From the NCBI GenBank assembly GCA_037142195.1, contig JBAXBA010000038.1, positions 1 through 31,001 of the forward strand: a stretch of DNA of 31,001 nucleotides, read 5' to 3'. The DNA comes from Pseudomonadota bacterium. Its GTDB lineage: Bacteria > Bdellovibrionota_B > Oligoflexia > Oligoflexales > CAIMVM01. Shown here piece by piece: positions 18,843-28,642 of the stretch (position 1 is its first letter; the number at the start of each line of letters is the position of its first letter). The notes below the pieces were generated by a model. It made no database searches. It saw only the letters and a program-made list of their open reading frames with translations, and was not told the DNA's origin. The translations under genes and the position numbers were made by a program.

Positions 18843-20789
18843 ATGTCAAAGCGAATATTTTCTAGTCTGGTTTTAATTCCATTAAGTTTGCTACTTTCCT
18901 GCAAAGCGGCTCATGAAAAATGGGATTCAGATTTGCAAAGTAGCATGAACGGCACTAAAAAGACCGCGTGCCTTAGTTTTCAGGGAAATGGCACCTACTT
19001 TTCTTCACATATTGGAGCTCTCATTGCCTTATTGGAAAGCAATTACGAGCCCACTTTTGTTACTGGCGGTTCTAGTGGGGCCATCATTGCAAATATAGCC
19101 AGAGCCTTGGTTGAGAATAAAAGTCTTGCAGTAAAGGGTGAATTTGCACCTCAGATGGCTGCGAGGCTTCTAGCATCAAGCTCTGGAATTATTGACTCTG
19201 TGCTATTTCTACCACGTTTTACCAACCCACTCATACTCCTTGATTCTTTCGATGTATTTATCTCCGGAACCAGTCAAGGGGTGCTTTTTGGCGACCCAAA
19301 AGATGGAATGGTCAATGCGGAATCCATTGTGGGACAGTCGGCACTCGTAATTGATTTCTTTAAAACCGCAGATTTTTCAGAGGCGCTTAAACAATCGACG
19401 ATTGTGGAACGAGAAGCCACTATTTCAAAGCTTTGGATGTCTTATTCTAACTCGGTTTTAGTCACACCTAACGATGCAGCAGATGCCATCTTAACCGACA
19501 AAGCAGCCCTTGCAGCCCAAGGCCGAAATGATCTCGTCATCATTCAAGATAGATTTTTTAAAATGTTTCGCAGCAAGCTTGACACATCCTTTAGAAATTA
19601 CAAAACCCAACAGGAAGAATGGAATACCTTTTTAGCAGGAAACTCTGCTAGATTTGGGCTTGAAAATCCGATAAAACGGCGGACCATTTTTAAAGCATTC
19701 TTAGGCAAACTAAAATCAATAGAAAGCTTTGATGCTATTTATGCTTCTTTTTCTGGAAATTTTCTTCTTATGGACCCCGATTTAGTGTGGGGCGCGTTTC
19801 ATGGATTTGACCCAGTAGGTAAGCGAATGGAAATTCCTTCGAATGTGATCATACATAGCACTGCGAGACGGGGCCAAAAAACAGATGGCGATTTTAAAGA
19901 ACAGCGCGGACTCGCAAGTCTTCACCAAGTCTATTTTACAAATCAGAATATGGCCGAACGTGTTAGAAGAACACTCTATGCTCCAGAATCCAACCCTCTA
20001 AAACCGTCATCCCCTGAATTCCCAGCGGCCCTTCCGTCGGAGCGGATCGTGGTAAGTTCGTCCTTGTTAGGCCCGGCTTTAGCAGCAACGACTGGAGAAC
20101 CGACAGCCTTTACGCGCTATGAAATCGAACTCGATCCTGAAGCTCAAAAGCGACTTCCTTGGCTTTCCTCAAGCGATGCACTGATAGGGTACGGCGGTTG
20201 GCTAGAAAAAAATTCTCTTGGAACCGGAAGAAAATTTGCCGAGTGTGCTCCTGACAAAGTAGACACTTACATGGCTTCAGGAGACGGTGCCAAAGTAACA
20301 AATTTTGCAAAAATGGCTTATTTTGGTTTGCTTTTAGAATCTCCCCTTCGGGGGCTTTTGGCCAGGCAGGTGAACAATCCATCTGACTTGCGAGCATTTA
20401 TCACTGGTCGCGCAAAACAAAATCAGATGTTTACTTCTGGACCTGAAGTCGATGAAATTGAAAAAACAGCAAGTATTGTCGGCCAGATTTTTGATGAATC
20501 CGTCTCAGCTAAAGGACGCTTAGGCAATATCCCACTAAACTTCAATCATGTTGCCCCTTCTTCATCGAATGGACCCAAGTCCGCCGATGCAAATATGGCC
20601 TTCAGATCAAATCGTCGAGCCATGGTGCTTGGTGCGTATGAATTCACAAGAAATCTGATAACTCATTCGGGGAGCCGAGTTCCGGAACTGAATCTGTTTG
20701 GAATACCCTCAAAAAGCCTCAGTATTTTATCCCAAGGTTCCGATGATGAGGTCATGGTAACGGTCAATTCTGCCATTCCACGGCCGTAG
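18843..20789 (+). CDS. Large patatin-like lipoprotein (divergent)
   Basis: ATG 18843 gives signal MSKRIF...LLLSC (lipobox); LSFQGNG...HIGAL and nucleophile elbow GGSSG. Confidence 0.75.
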   Translation: MSKRIFSSLVLIPLSLLLSCKAAHEKWDSDLQSSMNGTKKTACLSFQGNGTYFSSHIGALIALLESNYEPTFVTGGSSGAIIANIARALVENKSLAVKGEFAPQMAARLLASSSGIIDSVLFLPRFTNPLILLDSFDVFISGTSQGVLFGDPKDGMVNAESIVGQSALVIDFFKTADFSEALKQSTIVEREATISKLWMSYSNSVLVTPNDAADAILTDKAALAAQGRNDLVIIQDRFFKMFRSKLDTSFRNYKTQQEEWNTFLAGNSARFGLENPIKRRTIFKAFLGKLKSIESFDAIYASFSGNFLLMDPDLVWGAFHGFDPVGKRMEIPSNVIIHSTARRGQKTDGDFKEQRGLASLHQVYFTNQNMAERVRRTLYAPESNPLKPSSPEFPAALPSERIVVSSSLLGPALAATTGEPTAFTRYEIELDPEAQKRLPWLSSSDALIGYGGWLEKNSLGTGRKFAECAPDKVDTYMASGDGAKVTNFAKMAYFGLLLESPLRGLLARQVNNPSDLRAFITGRAKQNQMFTSGPEVDEIEKTASIVGQIFDESVSAKGRLGNIPLNFNHVAPSSSNGPKSADANMAFRSNRRAMVLGAYEFTRNLITHSGSRVPELNLFGIPSKSLSILSQGSDDEVMVTVNSAIPRP

Positions 20790-20825
20790 AATGAAATGTC
20801 TACCTTAGAACATACCATAGATAGT

Positions 20826-20846
20826 AAAAGGCCCTAGAGGCCTTTA
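20826..20846. terminator. Short hairpin between convergent genes, possible bidirectional terminator
   Basis: aaaggcc-ctaga-ggccttt. Confidence 0.45.
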
Positions 20847-20935
20847 ATGCCCAGATGACTAAAACGATTCCATTGCTGGACTTCGCAATTTTGCTCTCAT
20901 AGGAAACATTTCCATTTGGACGCTCTGCCTAAATT

Positions 20936-23317
20936 TCAAAAATCTAAGGGACGCCTTTCTCTCATGACCTCTAAGACTAAATGAATGAGATCCTCAGCTG
21001 ACGGCTTACAGTAATAATCTGCATCTGAAGCATAGGCACTGCGATGAGCTTCAGCTGTAAGAGTTCGTGGTTTTGAGTCTAGCCAGTCATAGGCATCTTG
21101 TTTTTCTAAAACTTCGCGCATCATGTAAGATGTCGCGCCACCTGGCACGTCCTCGTCAAAAAAGATTACAGCATGAGTTTTCATAATGGAAGTGCGGATG
21201 TCACATTTGATATCAAATGGAAGTAATGTCTGAGCGTCGATAATTTCAAGTTCAATTCCCATATCAAGAAGAATATCTTTTGCTTCCATAGCTATACGAC
21301 AGTTCGCGCCGTAGGTCACAACGGTAATGTCATTTCCCTTTGATAAAATTTCGACTTCTCCAAGAGGAAGACAATAACTACCAAGGTTTTCTGGCACCGT
21401 CTCCTTAATTCTGTATCCACTCAAGACCTCAATGACGAGTCCTGGATCATCACCTTTTAGGAGAGTATTGTAGAACCCTGCAGCTTGGACCATATTTCGA
21501 GGCACACAAAAGTGAATTCCTCTAATAGAGTTTAGAATCATGGCAATCGGTGAGCCAGTGTGCCAAATCCCCTCTAATCGATGACCTTTAGTTCTAATGA
21601 TGACGGGAGCCACCTGCCCACCCGCTGTCCGGTAGTGCAAGGTCGCTAAATCATCGCTCATCCCTTGAAGGCAATAGAGGAGATAATCCAGATATTGTAT
21701 GTCAACTATAGGCCTAAGTCCGCGCATGGCGCAGCCAAGCCCTTGTCCAAAAATGGAAGCTTCGCGAATACCTGTATCGGTTACCCTGAGCTCGCCAAAT
21801 TTACTGGAAAGCCCTTCAAATTCCAGATTGACACCTCCAAGCTGGCCTACATCTTCACCACAAATAAATATCCTAGGGTCCTCAGACAACTTAAGCTCAA
21901 AAAACTTTTGAATGATTTGTCTGCCATCTACTTTTAATGACGATTCTAAAAAACTTGGATAGATGGGTTCCACATGAAGTGGTGACTTACTATTTTCGAC
22001 AAGTAAGTGAGTTCGATATGCTTTACGACCATACTCCTTCATTTCAAAGAGCATTTCTTTTACAGGCGCCATAACTTTCGGGTCTATGTCTTGTGCAAGC
22101 AATTGAATTCTATCCAAACAAGCATGGATTGCACGATTAAACGGGGTTAAAGGACGCTCTAATTCCCCAAGTAGTCGCATCGCCCCAGCGCTATTGTCCA
22201 TGGCTGCAACTACGGGCCTGAGAATAGAAAGGGCTTTTTGACGCCGAGCCTCAATAGGGTCGATCAGGGCTTGCCATGCAGCATTCTTTTCCTGCTCAAC
22301 ATAGCTTTCAGCTTTCTTTTCAAGAGTAGAAATCTCCGATTCCGTCGCCACAGCGGACGAGAGAATCCAAAGTCTCATCTTTCGTAGGCAGTCGTTTTCC
22401 TCTTCCCAAGCAAGCCGCTCCGTTGACTTGTAACGTTCATGGCTACCTGAGGTAGAGTGTCCTTGAGGCTGAGTGAGTTCGGTTATGTGAAACAGACAAG
22501 GAACGTGGGCTGTCCTGACTTTATCGATATACTTTTGAAACTGAGTTCGTAGTGCCTGATAGTCCCAACCCTTAATTGCAACAATTTCAATCCCCGATTT
22601 CTGATGCGTCGCTTGAAATCCGGCCATTACTTCGGAAATGGACTCTTTGGTTGTCTGAAATTTAGATGGTACAGAAATACCGTATCCATCATCCCAAACA
22701 CACATCGCTAACGGAACCTGTAACACTCCAGCCGCATTCATAGTCTCCCAAAAGAGACCTTCGCTAGTGGAAGCATTGCCTATGGTACCAAATGCAATCT
22801 CATCTCCTTGATTTGAAAAAGACTTTGCTCCGCCCCAAGATTTTAAAACCTCAGTTTCACGGTAAAGCTTTGACGCATAAGCCAACCCCAAAAGTCGGGC
22901 CATTTGCCCCCCGGTTGGTGAGATATCAGAGGAAGAATTCGGCTGAAGCAGTTGAGGCTTCCAAGTGCCGTTGTCATAGTAACGAGTTCCAAAATGAGCA
23001 TTCATTTGGCGCCCACCAGAATGGGGTTCATTCTGGAGATTTGTATCCGCGAACAATTGAGCAAAAAATTGCCTAATAGTAAGCTGGCCCACTGCAAGCA
23101 TGTAGGTTTGATCGCGATAGTATCCTGATCGCCAATCGCCATTTTTTACGCTCCTTGCCAGAGCAACTTGGGCCACTTCCTTACCATCACCAAAAATCCC
23201 AAATTTAGCCCTGCCTCCCAGAACTTCTTTACGCCCTGCAAGGGAAGCCAAACGACTTGTAAAAGCTATTTCATAATCGTGAAGTATGTCTTGTTTTGAA
23301 AATGGAATACCTGTCAA
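20936..23317 (-). CDS. Fused alpha/beta E1 of a 2-oxoacid (probably branched-chain) dehydrogenase
   Basis: AKFGIFGDGKE, GYYRD, TPP-binding region IGNASTSEG...WDDGYGIS, GHSTS, GEDVG, DTGIREA, IQYLDY, transketolase-like C-terminus. Probable TTG start at 23317 after GAGGTG (ORF open to 23329). Confidence 0.9.
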   Translation of the reverse strand: MTGIPFSKQDILHDYEIAFTSRLASLAGRKEVLGGRAKFGIFGDGKEVAQVALARSVKNGDWRSGYYRDQTYMLAVGQLTIRQFFAQLFADTNLQNEPHSGGRQMNAHFGTRYYDNGTWKPQLLQPNSSSDISPTGGQMARLLGLAYASKLYRETEVLKSWGGAKSFSNQGDEIAFGTIGNASTSEGLFWETMNAAGVLQVPLAMCVWDDGYGISVPSKFQTTKESISEVMAGFQATHQKSGIEIVAIKGWDYQALRTQFQKYIDKVRTAHVPCLFHITELTQPQGHSTSGSHERYKSTERLAWEEENDCLRKMRLWILSSAVATESEISTLEKKAESYVEQEKNAAWQALIDPIEARRQKALSILRPVVAAMDNSAGAMRLLGELERPLTPFNRAIHACLDRIQLLAQDIDPKVMAPVKEMLFEMKEYGRKAYRTHLLVENSKSPLHVEPIYPSFLESSLKVDGRQIIQKFFELKLSEDPRIFICGEDVGQLGGVNLEFEGLSSKFGELRVTDTGIREASIFGQGLGCAMRGLRPIVDIQYLDYLLYCLQGMSDDLATLHYRTAGGQVAPVIIRTKGHRLEGIWHTGSPIAMILNSIRGIHFCVPRNMVQAAGFYNTLLKGDDPGLVIEVLSGYRIKETVPENLGSYCLPLGEVEILSKGNDITVVTYGANCRIAMEAKDILLDMGIELEIIDAQTLLPFDIKCDIRTSIMKTHAVIFFDEDVPGGATSYMMREVLEKQDAYDWLDSKPRTLTAEAHRSAYASDADYYCKPSAEDLIHLVLEVMRERRPLDF

Positions 23318-23344
23318 CGAACACCTCAATATAAAAAGGTAAAC

Positions 23345-25756
23345 TTAATCTCTAATAAAAACGATAGTTACCGCATCTCCACCTTCTTCAGGAAGACCGG
23401 GGCGAAAATCAATCCTATAGGCACAGCTCACTTCAAGCTCTTTTCTTAACGCATTTTTAACTGCTGATGTCCCAAGACCGTGAACTAGGACGGCAGCTTC
23501 TTCCCCCTTCAAAACCAAATTATCAATAAACTTAAGTGATCTAGCAACGGCATCCTCGCCTGAAAGCCCGCGCAAATTACAGGTATTAGAAGCCGTTTGG
23601 AAGACGAGTCGATCCTCATTTCCTACCGGCTCCTTGGCTTTCCATTTGCTCGTATCTTTTGGCTTTGGTGGAGACAGCTTTTGAAGCAGTCTCAATTCGT
23701 CTAGCGATGCCCTTACCTTAACGATACCTACTAGAATTTCATATATCTCTTTTTGCGAATCGGAAATTTTTATAATGTTGCCACCTTTTCCGAGGGGAAT
23801 CACAAACACTTTGTCGCCCACACATAAGGAACCAGGACTCACCTGGAGCCCAGGAAGGTCTTTGGACTCTGGTGTCGAAGAAAGAGCTTCTTTAAACTCA
23901 AGCAGCGCATGCTTCGCTAAAGACTTTTCAAGAACTCCTCGCGAAGTATTACCTGCTTCCCGAGCTGCTTGCTTTAAGTCTAATGTCGCTTGTTCTACTT
24001 TGAATCGGTGTTTTTCCAATTCGCTTCCATACAATTCCGTAACCTTATCTACAGATTGCTTTCTGGCCTCTTGTATGAGCAGAACTTCCTGATTCCAACG
24101 CGCCTTTTCGGATTCAGCTTCAAACGCCTTCATCTCAAATTCTTTTTTTTCTTGCTCGGCTCTCGTTTTAGCGAGCAACAATTCTGATATTGCAAACTCC
24201 ATTTGATTGACATTTTCACCTCTCAATTCTTTTGCCCTAGAAATAACTGAGGAAGGTAAGCCCGTCTGTTGTGCAAGTTCTAACCCATAGCTTTGACCTG
24301 GAACATCCAAAATAAGCCTATAAGTAGGTGTATACTTATGTACCGCATACTCCATGGAACCGTTGCGAAGTCGCTTATTATTTAACGCTAGGGTTTTAAG
24401 GCGTTCATAGTGGGTGGTTACTATGGAAGTGGATCTTCGATTTAGTAATTCTTCGACAATCGCTTGAGCTATGGCAGCGCCCGCGTTTGGTTCGGTACCT
24501 ACTGCAATTTCATCTAACAATACCAAATCATGATTTTTGCAATTCTCCAATATTGGCTTGAGACCTGCCAAATGGCTGGAAAATGTTGACAGATTCGCTG
24601 ACAAGCTTTGCCCGTCTCCCATCTCTAAATATATATGATCAAATAAGAAGATTTCAGAGTGACTTTCGATGGGCAATAACAATCCCGCTTTTGCCATAAG
24701 ATGGATGAGTCCCGTAGTCTTGAGAGTTACCGTTTTTCCACCTGCGTTTGGCCCTGAAATGACGAGTAAGGATTGCTCAGAATTCAGCAAAATATCATTT
24801 GAAACGACATTTCCTAGCCGAGGTTTCAATAAAGGGTGTCGAGCGCCATAAAGCCTAATGCATGGTTCATGCGACAACATGACAGCTTCACATTGCCACT
24901 CAGCAGCGATTCGAGCCTGAGCTGTTAAGACATCAAGCTCTACTAGGAGAGCCATGTTACTTTTAAGTCGGTCGAGTTCTTTGCTGGCAAAGTCACTTAA
25001 TTCTTTTAAAATGCGAATGATTTCCAGTCTTTCAGAAAGCTCTATATCTGCTAACTGTTGATTAAACGCCACTACACTTGGAGGTTCTACAAATAGAGTC
25101 TGTCCCGATGAAGAAACGTCGACAATTTGCCCTTCCACCCTGCCACGACCATCTACACGAATCGGGATCACATACTTATCATTGCGTATGGTGAAAAAAT
25201 CATCTTGTAGGTACTGGCTAGCATCATTTTGGGCAAGCTGCGCTTTAATTTTATCCAGAATTCGCTGCATCAAATGGCGTTTATGCCGCCTGATCTGATC
25301 TAACTCCTTGGAAGCTTCATCATAGACATCTCCTTCGGGCGTTATGGCTCGCTCAATGTCTTGAAGAAGTTTGGGCAGTGGATAAAGCTCCGAACGCCAT
25401 TTTGAAAGCATGGGTGCTTTAAGAGAGAAATCTGTAGCAAAACCATGGACAAATTTAGTGGATTTCAATAGAGCAGCAATGTCTCTTAGATGCACCCCAT
25501 CTAAAATTTGTGCGATGGCCAGCCCCCTAAAAATCCCTTTTAACTCTGGAATAAATCCTATGGGTGGGAAGTAGTTTTGTTCACACAACTTTTTGAGGGG
25601 GAGGAGATCGTTCCAGCGATTTTGAACTTGGTCTTTGGAAAGGTCAGGGCGCAAGGCTTCTATTTGTATCTTGCCTTGCTCTGTTTGAGTGCGATCTGAA
25701 ACCTCTCGTAATAGCGTAGGCCATTCGAGTTTTTCTAACATAGGTGTAGTCGCCAA
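23345..25756 (-). CDS. mutS2: MutS2 (ABC ATPase, KOW-like and Smr domains)
   Basis: SSSGQTLFVEP, ISGPNAGGKT, LSTFSSH, LLDE..GTEP, TTHY, C-terminal Smr (NLRG...VHGLGT...EGGDAVT). Probable TTG start at 25756 after GGAGA; alternatives 25741 and 25798. Confidence 0.93.
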   Translation of the reverse strand: MATTPMLEKLEWPTLLREVSDRTQTEQGKIQIEALRPDLSKDQVQNRWNDLLPLKKLCEQNYFPPIGFIPELKGIFRGLAIAQILDGVHLRDIAALLKSTKFVHGFATDFSLKAPMLSKWRSELYPLPKLLQDIERAITPEGDVYDEASKELDQIRRHKRHLMQRILDKIKAQLAQNDASQYLQDDFFTIRNDKYVIPIRVDGRGRVEGQIVDVSSSGQTLFVEPPSVVAFNQQLADIELSERLEIIRILKELSDFASKELDRLKSNMALLVELDVLTAQARIAAEWQCEAVMLSHEPCIRLYGARHPLLKPRLGNVVSNDILLNSEQSLLVISGPNAGGKTVTLKTTGLIHLMAKAGLLLPIESHSEIFLFDHIYLEMGDGQSLSANLSTFSSHLAGLKPILENCKNHDLVLLDEIAVGTEPNAGAAIAQAIVEELLNRRSTSIVTTHYERLKTLALNNKRLRNGSMEYAVHKYTPTYRLILDVPGQSYGLELAQQTGLPSSVISRAKELRGENVNQMEFAISELLLAKTRAEQEKKEFEMKAFEAESEKARWNQEVLLIQEARKQSVDKVTELYGSELEKHRFKVEQATLDLKQAAREAGNTSRGVLEKSLAKHALLEFKEALSSTPESKDLPGLQVSPGSLCVGDKVFVIPLGKGGNIIKISDSQKEIYEILVGIVKVRASLDELRLLQKLSPPKPKDTSKWKAKEPVGNEDRLVFQTASNTCNLRGLSGEDAVARSLKFIDNLVLKGEEAAVLVHGLGTSAVKNALRKELEVSCAYRIDFRPGLPEEGGDAVTIVFIRD

Positions 25757-26342
25757 GGCCTTATCTCCATAATCTAAACTGCATTTCCGATCCGGCAATG
25801 TATCTTAAAGAACCCGTTATCATCTACAAAAAACCCCGTTATCCGTAAGCAAGTTTGGCCCCGGTCTGATCTCTTGCGGCTTGACTTATAACTCCCAGCA
25901 AAATTGGAGTCTTACAGCTCTAAAAACAGGAATGCGAAGTATGAAATCAACCTCTAAATCGAAATCTCTTCGCCTAGACGGCCCCTATATGGTAGGTCGC
26001 GGTTTGAAGCGGGCCCGCCCGTTGTAATGGCCTCCTATCAGGCGACTCTAAGAGGCTTAGATCTCACTCAAAAACATCAGACTCTTTCACCGATAGAAAA
26101 ACTCCTTCGAAAGGGAATGCTTTCCCATAAAAAGCGAATTTAAGAAAAACCTCTTAGCTGTGTGAAACTCAGTTTATAAAGGATTGGCCGCATGCGGACA
26201 GGAGAGGATAGGGAGCAAAGAGATGAATGGTGCGTAGATCCCGCCGACGACAGATAAAAACGACCGCTTAAAATATAGCCAGCATTAATTTAGTGCCATG
26301 AAAAAACTAATAGAATAAAATGGTTGCATCATACATGAGGGG

Positions 26343-27203
26343 GTGCGCTTGTTCCAACTGCCTTACTTTAGTAGCGTTATTGTCTGGTCCAAGGAACCAG
26401 TGGCTTGGGCGTTGTTCCTTTTAGGCCTTATCTTTGGAAGCTTCTATAACGTCTGCATTTGGCGAATTCCAGAGGGAACCTTTTGGCATACCGCACGAAG
26501 CGGCTGTCGCAACTGCTCAGCACCCATTCCGTGGTATCTAAATATTCCTCTTTTCAGTTGGGTCGCATTGCGCGGAAAGTCTGCCTGCTGCAAAACACCC
26601 ATTTCCATGCAGTATCCTCTGATTGAGCTCATTACCGCTATTGCTGCGGTCCTCATTTATGTCAAATTTCCATTCTATTCTATCTGGCAGGGAGAGATCA
26701 AAATCAGCCCCGGCGAACTCATTCAGTTTATTCACGCTTTTATCTTTTTTTCGCTTCTCTTGATTTCTAGTATGATCGATATCCGGCATCTCATTATTCC
26801 TGATGGCATTTCTCTAGGATTGGTACTTTCAACCCCGCTTGTTGTTTATTTTCTGCCGAATTATGCTTGGCAAGACGCTCTTATTGGTGTTCTTTTAGGT
26901 GGCGGAAGCTTATATCTAGTAGCGTGGATCTACTGGATAACGCGTAGAGTCACCGGCATGGGAATGGGTGATGTTAAGTTATTAGCAGGTGTTGGCGGAT
27001 GGTTAGGATGGCAGTCGATTTTCCCAATCATACTTTATTCTTCTGTCCTTGGCTCCCTAGTCGGAATCGCTTTAATGGTAGTGCAAAGGAAAAAAGATCT
27101 CAGATTTGAAATTCCTTTTGGGCCTTTTTTGGCAGCCGGAGCTTTGATTCACATGTTCTTTGGTAGCGATTTATTAAATCTACTCCTTAACCATCAATCT
27201 TAA
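26343..27203 (+). CDS. pilD: Type IV prepilin peptidase / N-methyltransferase (A24)
   Basis: GSFYNVCIWRIP, Cys cluster, IDIRHLIIPD, GMGDVKL, IPFGPFL; GTG start. Confidence 0.95.
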   Translation: MRLFQLPYFSSVIVWSKEPVAWALFLLGLIFGSFYNVCIWRIPEGTFWHTARSGCRNCSAPIPWYLNIPLFSWVALRGKSACCKTPISMQYPLIELITAIAAVLIYVKFPFYSIWQGEIKISPGELIQFIHAFIFFSLLLISSMIDIRHLIIPDGISLGLVLSTPLVVYFLPNYAWQDALIGVLLGGGSLYLVAWIYWITRRVTGMGMGDVKLLAGVGGWLGWQSIFPIILYSSVLGSLVGIALMVVQRKKDLRFEIPFGPFLAAGALIHMFFGSDLLNLLLNHQS

Positions 27204-27216
27204 AACGGATTTTCAA

Positions 27217-28152
27217 ATGGACGATTTTGAAGACAAAATTTCCCAAGCAACCAAGTTCGAAGAGCTATTCACAGCTTTGCTCAGTATTTCTCAATCGCGC
27301 GCTATGGTTATCTTCAAACTACAGGCTATCGGAACAAAATTAAGAAGAGATATATCCTTTGGTTTGGAGATTTTTCAGCCTTTAGCACGTGAGATTTCAG
27401 ACTCTTTTATTCAGGAATTTTTGTCTGTACGCATCGAATGTACTGAGCATGAAATGTCCAATCACCAAACTTGGATTTTATATAAACTTCCCAATTTTGG
27501 CAAAGAAGTAGAGATTATTTGTTTCCCTAAAGGCGATGTCAAACTCTCTCAAATCAAGAGATTTGCCCATGAATGGGGATGGCATAGAAGACTAGGAAAT
27601 GCTGAAGAAATGTTATTAGTGGATGAATTGACGGGCCTGTACAACATGAGGTATTTGGATCGTGCCATAGACCATGAACTTCTCAGAAGTCAGAGATTTA
27701 ATGTGCCATTTTCTATTCTGTTCATTGATCTCGATAATTTTAAAAAAGTAAATGACGTCCATGGACATCTAGTGGGAAGCGAGCTTCTTAAAAGAGCAGG
27801 CTGTTCGATCAAAGATGCCGTTCGGGAAGTCGACAGTGTCATAAGATATGGAGGTGATGAATTTGTTGCTATTCTTATAGGTGCCAATGCAAGTATGGCC
27901 ATGAATGTTGCCGAACGCGTTCGTACCTTTATCAGCCGCACCACGATTAAAGTAGATTCTTTATTCGTATCTGTCACAGCATCCATAGGAATCGCTTCTT
28001 ACCCTACCCATGGTTCCACAAGAGATAGTCTTTTAGCGGCAGCTGACGCTTCGATGTATAGTATCAAGAATACAGGAAAAAATGCTGTCGGACGACCCAA
28101 AATCGAAGCCTTAAATAAAGGAGTCTCCCCTGAACAGAAGTTCCACATCTAA
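27217..28152 (+). CDS. Diguanylate cyclase (GGDEF) with uncharacterised N-terminal domain
   Basis: DELTGLYN, DLDNFK.VND.HGH, I-site REVD, RYGGDEF. Confidence 0.93.
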   Translation: MDDFEDKISQATKFEELFTALLSISQSRAMVIFKLQAIGTKLRRDISFGLEIFQPLAREISDSFIQEFLSVRIECTEHEMSNHQTWILYKLPNFGKEVEIICFPKGDVKLSQIKRFAHEWGWHRRLGNAEEMLLVDELTGLYNMRYLDRAIDHELLRSQRFNVPFSILFIDLDNFKKVNDVHGHLVGSELLKRAGCSIKDAVREVDSVIRYGGDEFVAILIGANASMAMNVAERVRTFISRTTIKVDSLFVSVTASIGIASYPTHGSTRDSLLAAADASMYSIKNTGKNAVGRPKIEALNKGVSPEQKFHI

Positions 28153-28642
28153 AACTCCAACTGAGTCACAAGTAGAAATGACCGAATTGGTTTTACCTCA
28201 ACACACGAATGCCCTTGGAACTATTTTTGGTGGGGTAGTTCTCTCTTGGGTAGATATAGCAGCCGCCATCTGTGCTCAAAGGCACTCAGGACGCTTAGTC
28301 GTTACAGCTGCTATTGATGCCATGCAGTTCGTGGCTCCCATTCGCCTGGGTTGGATAGTCAGTATAAAGGCTTCCATAAATTTTGCTTCGGTAACAAGTT
28401 GTGAGGTAGGGGTGAGAATTACCGCCGAGAATCCACTCACTCATGAGCTTAACCATACAGCAACTGCCTACGTGACCATGGTGGCCTTAGATAGCAATGG
28501 CCGCCCTGCAGACATCCCTCAGGTAAAGCCTGTTACTGACGTAGAACTTAGAAGATACAATGAAGCGCAACAGCGACGAAAACAGAGGTTAGAGCTTAAG
28601 GAAAAAATATCGGAATCTCGAAAGCTCAAAGGAGATATTTGA
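28130..28642 (+). CDS. Hotdog-fold acyl-CoA thioesterase (YciA-like)
   Basis: VLPQHTNALGTIFGGVVLSWVD. Start probably CTG 28130 (AAAGGAG RBS); the first ATG is at 28178. Confidence 0.9.
   Translation: MNRSSTSKTPTESQVEMTELVLPQHTNALGTIFGGVVLSWVDIAAAICAQRHSGRLVVTAAIDAMQFVAPIRLGWIVSIKASINFASVTSCEVGVRITAENPLTHELNHTATAYVTMVALDSNGRPADIPQVKPVTDVELRRYNEAQQRRKQRLELKEKISESRKLKGDI

Noticed and set aside
26092..26200. c-di-GMP-I (GEMM) riboswitch upstream of pilD-dgc, suggested by a GAAA-like loop
   Set aside because: Lacks the GGCAAA/GACGCAAA core and the tetraloop-receptor stem.
26285..26295. 11-mer ttaatttagtg shared with the eno upstream region (~6150-6160)
   Set aside because: An AT-rich 11-mer match is expected by chance in this much sequence.
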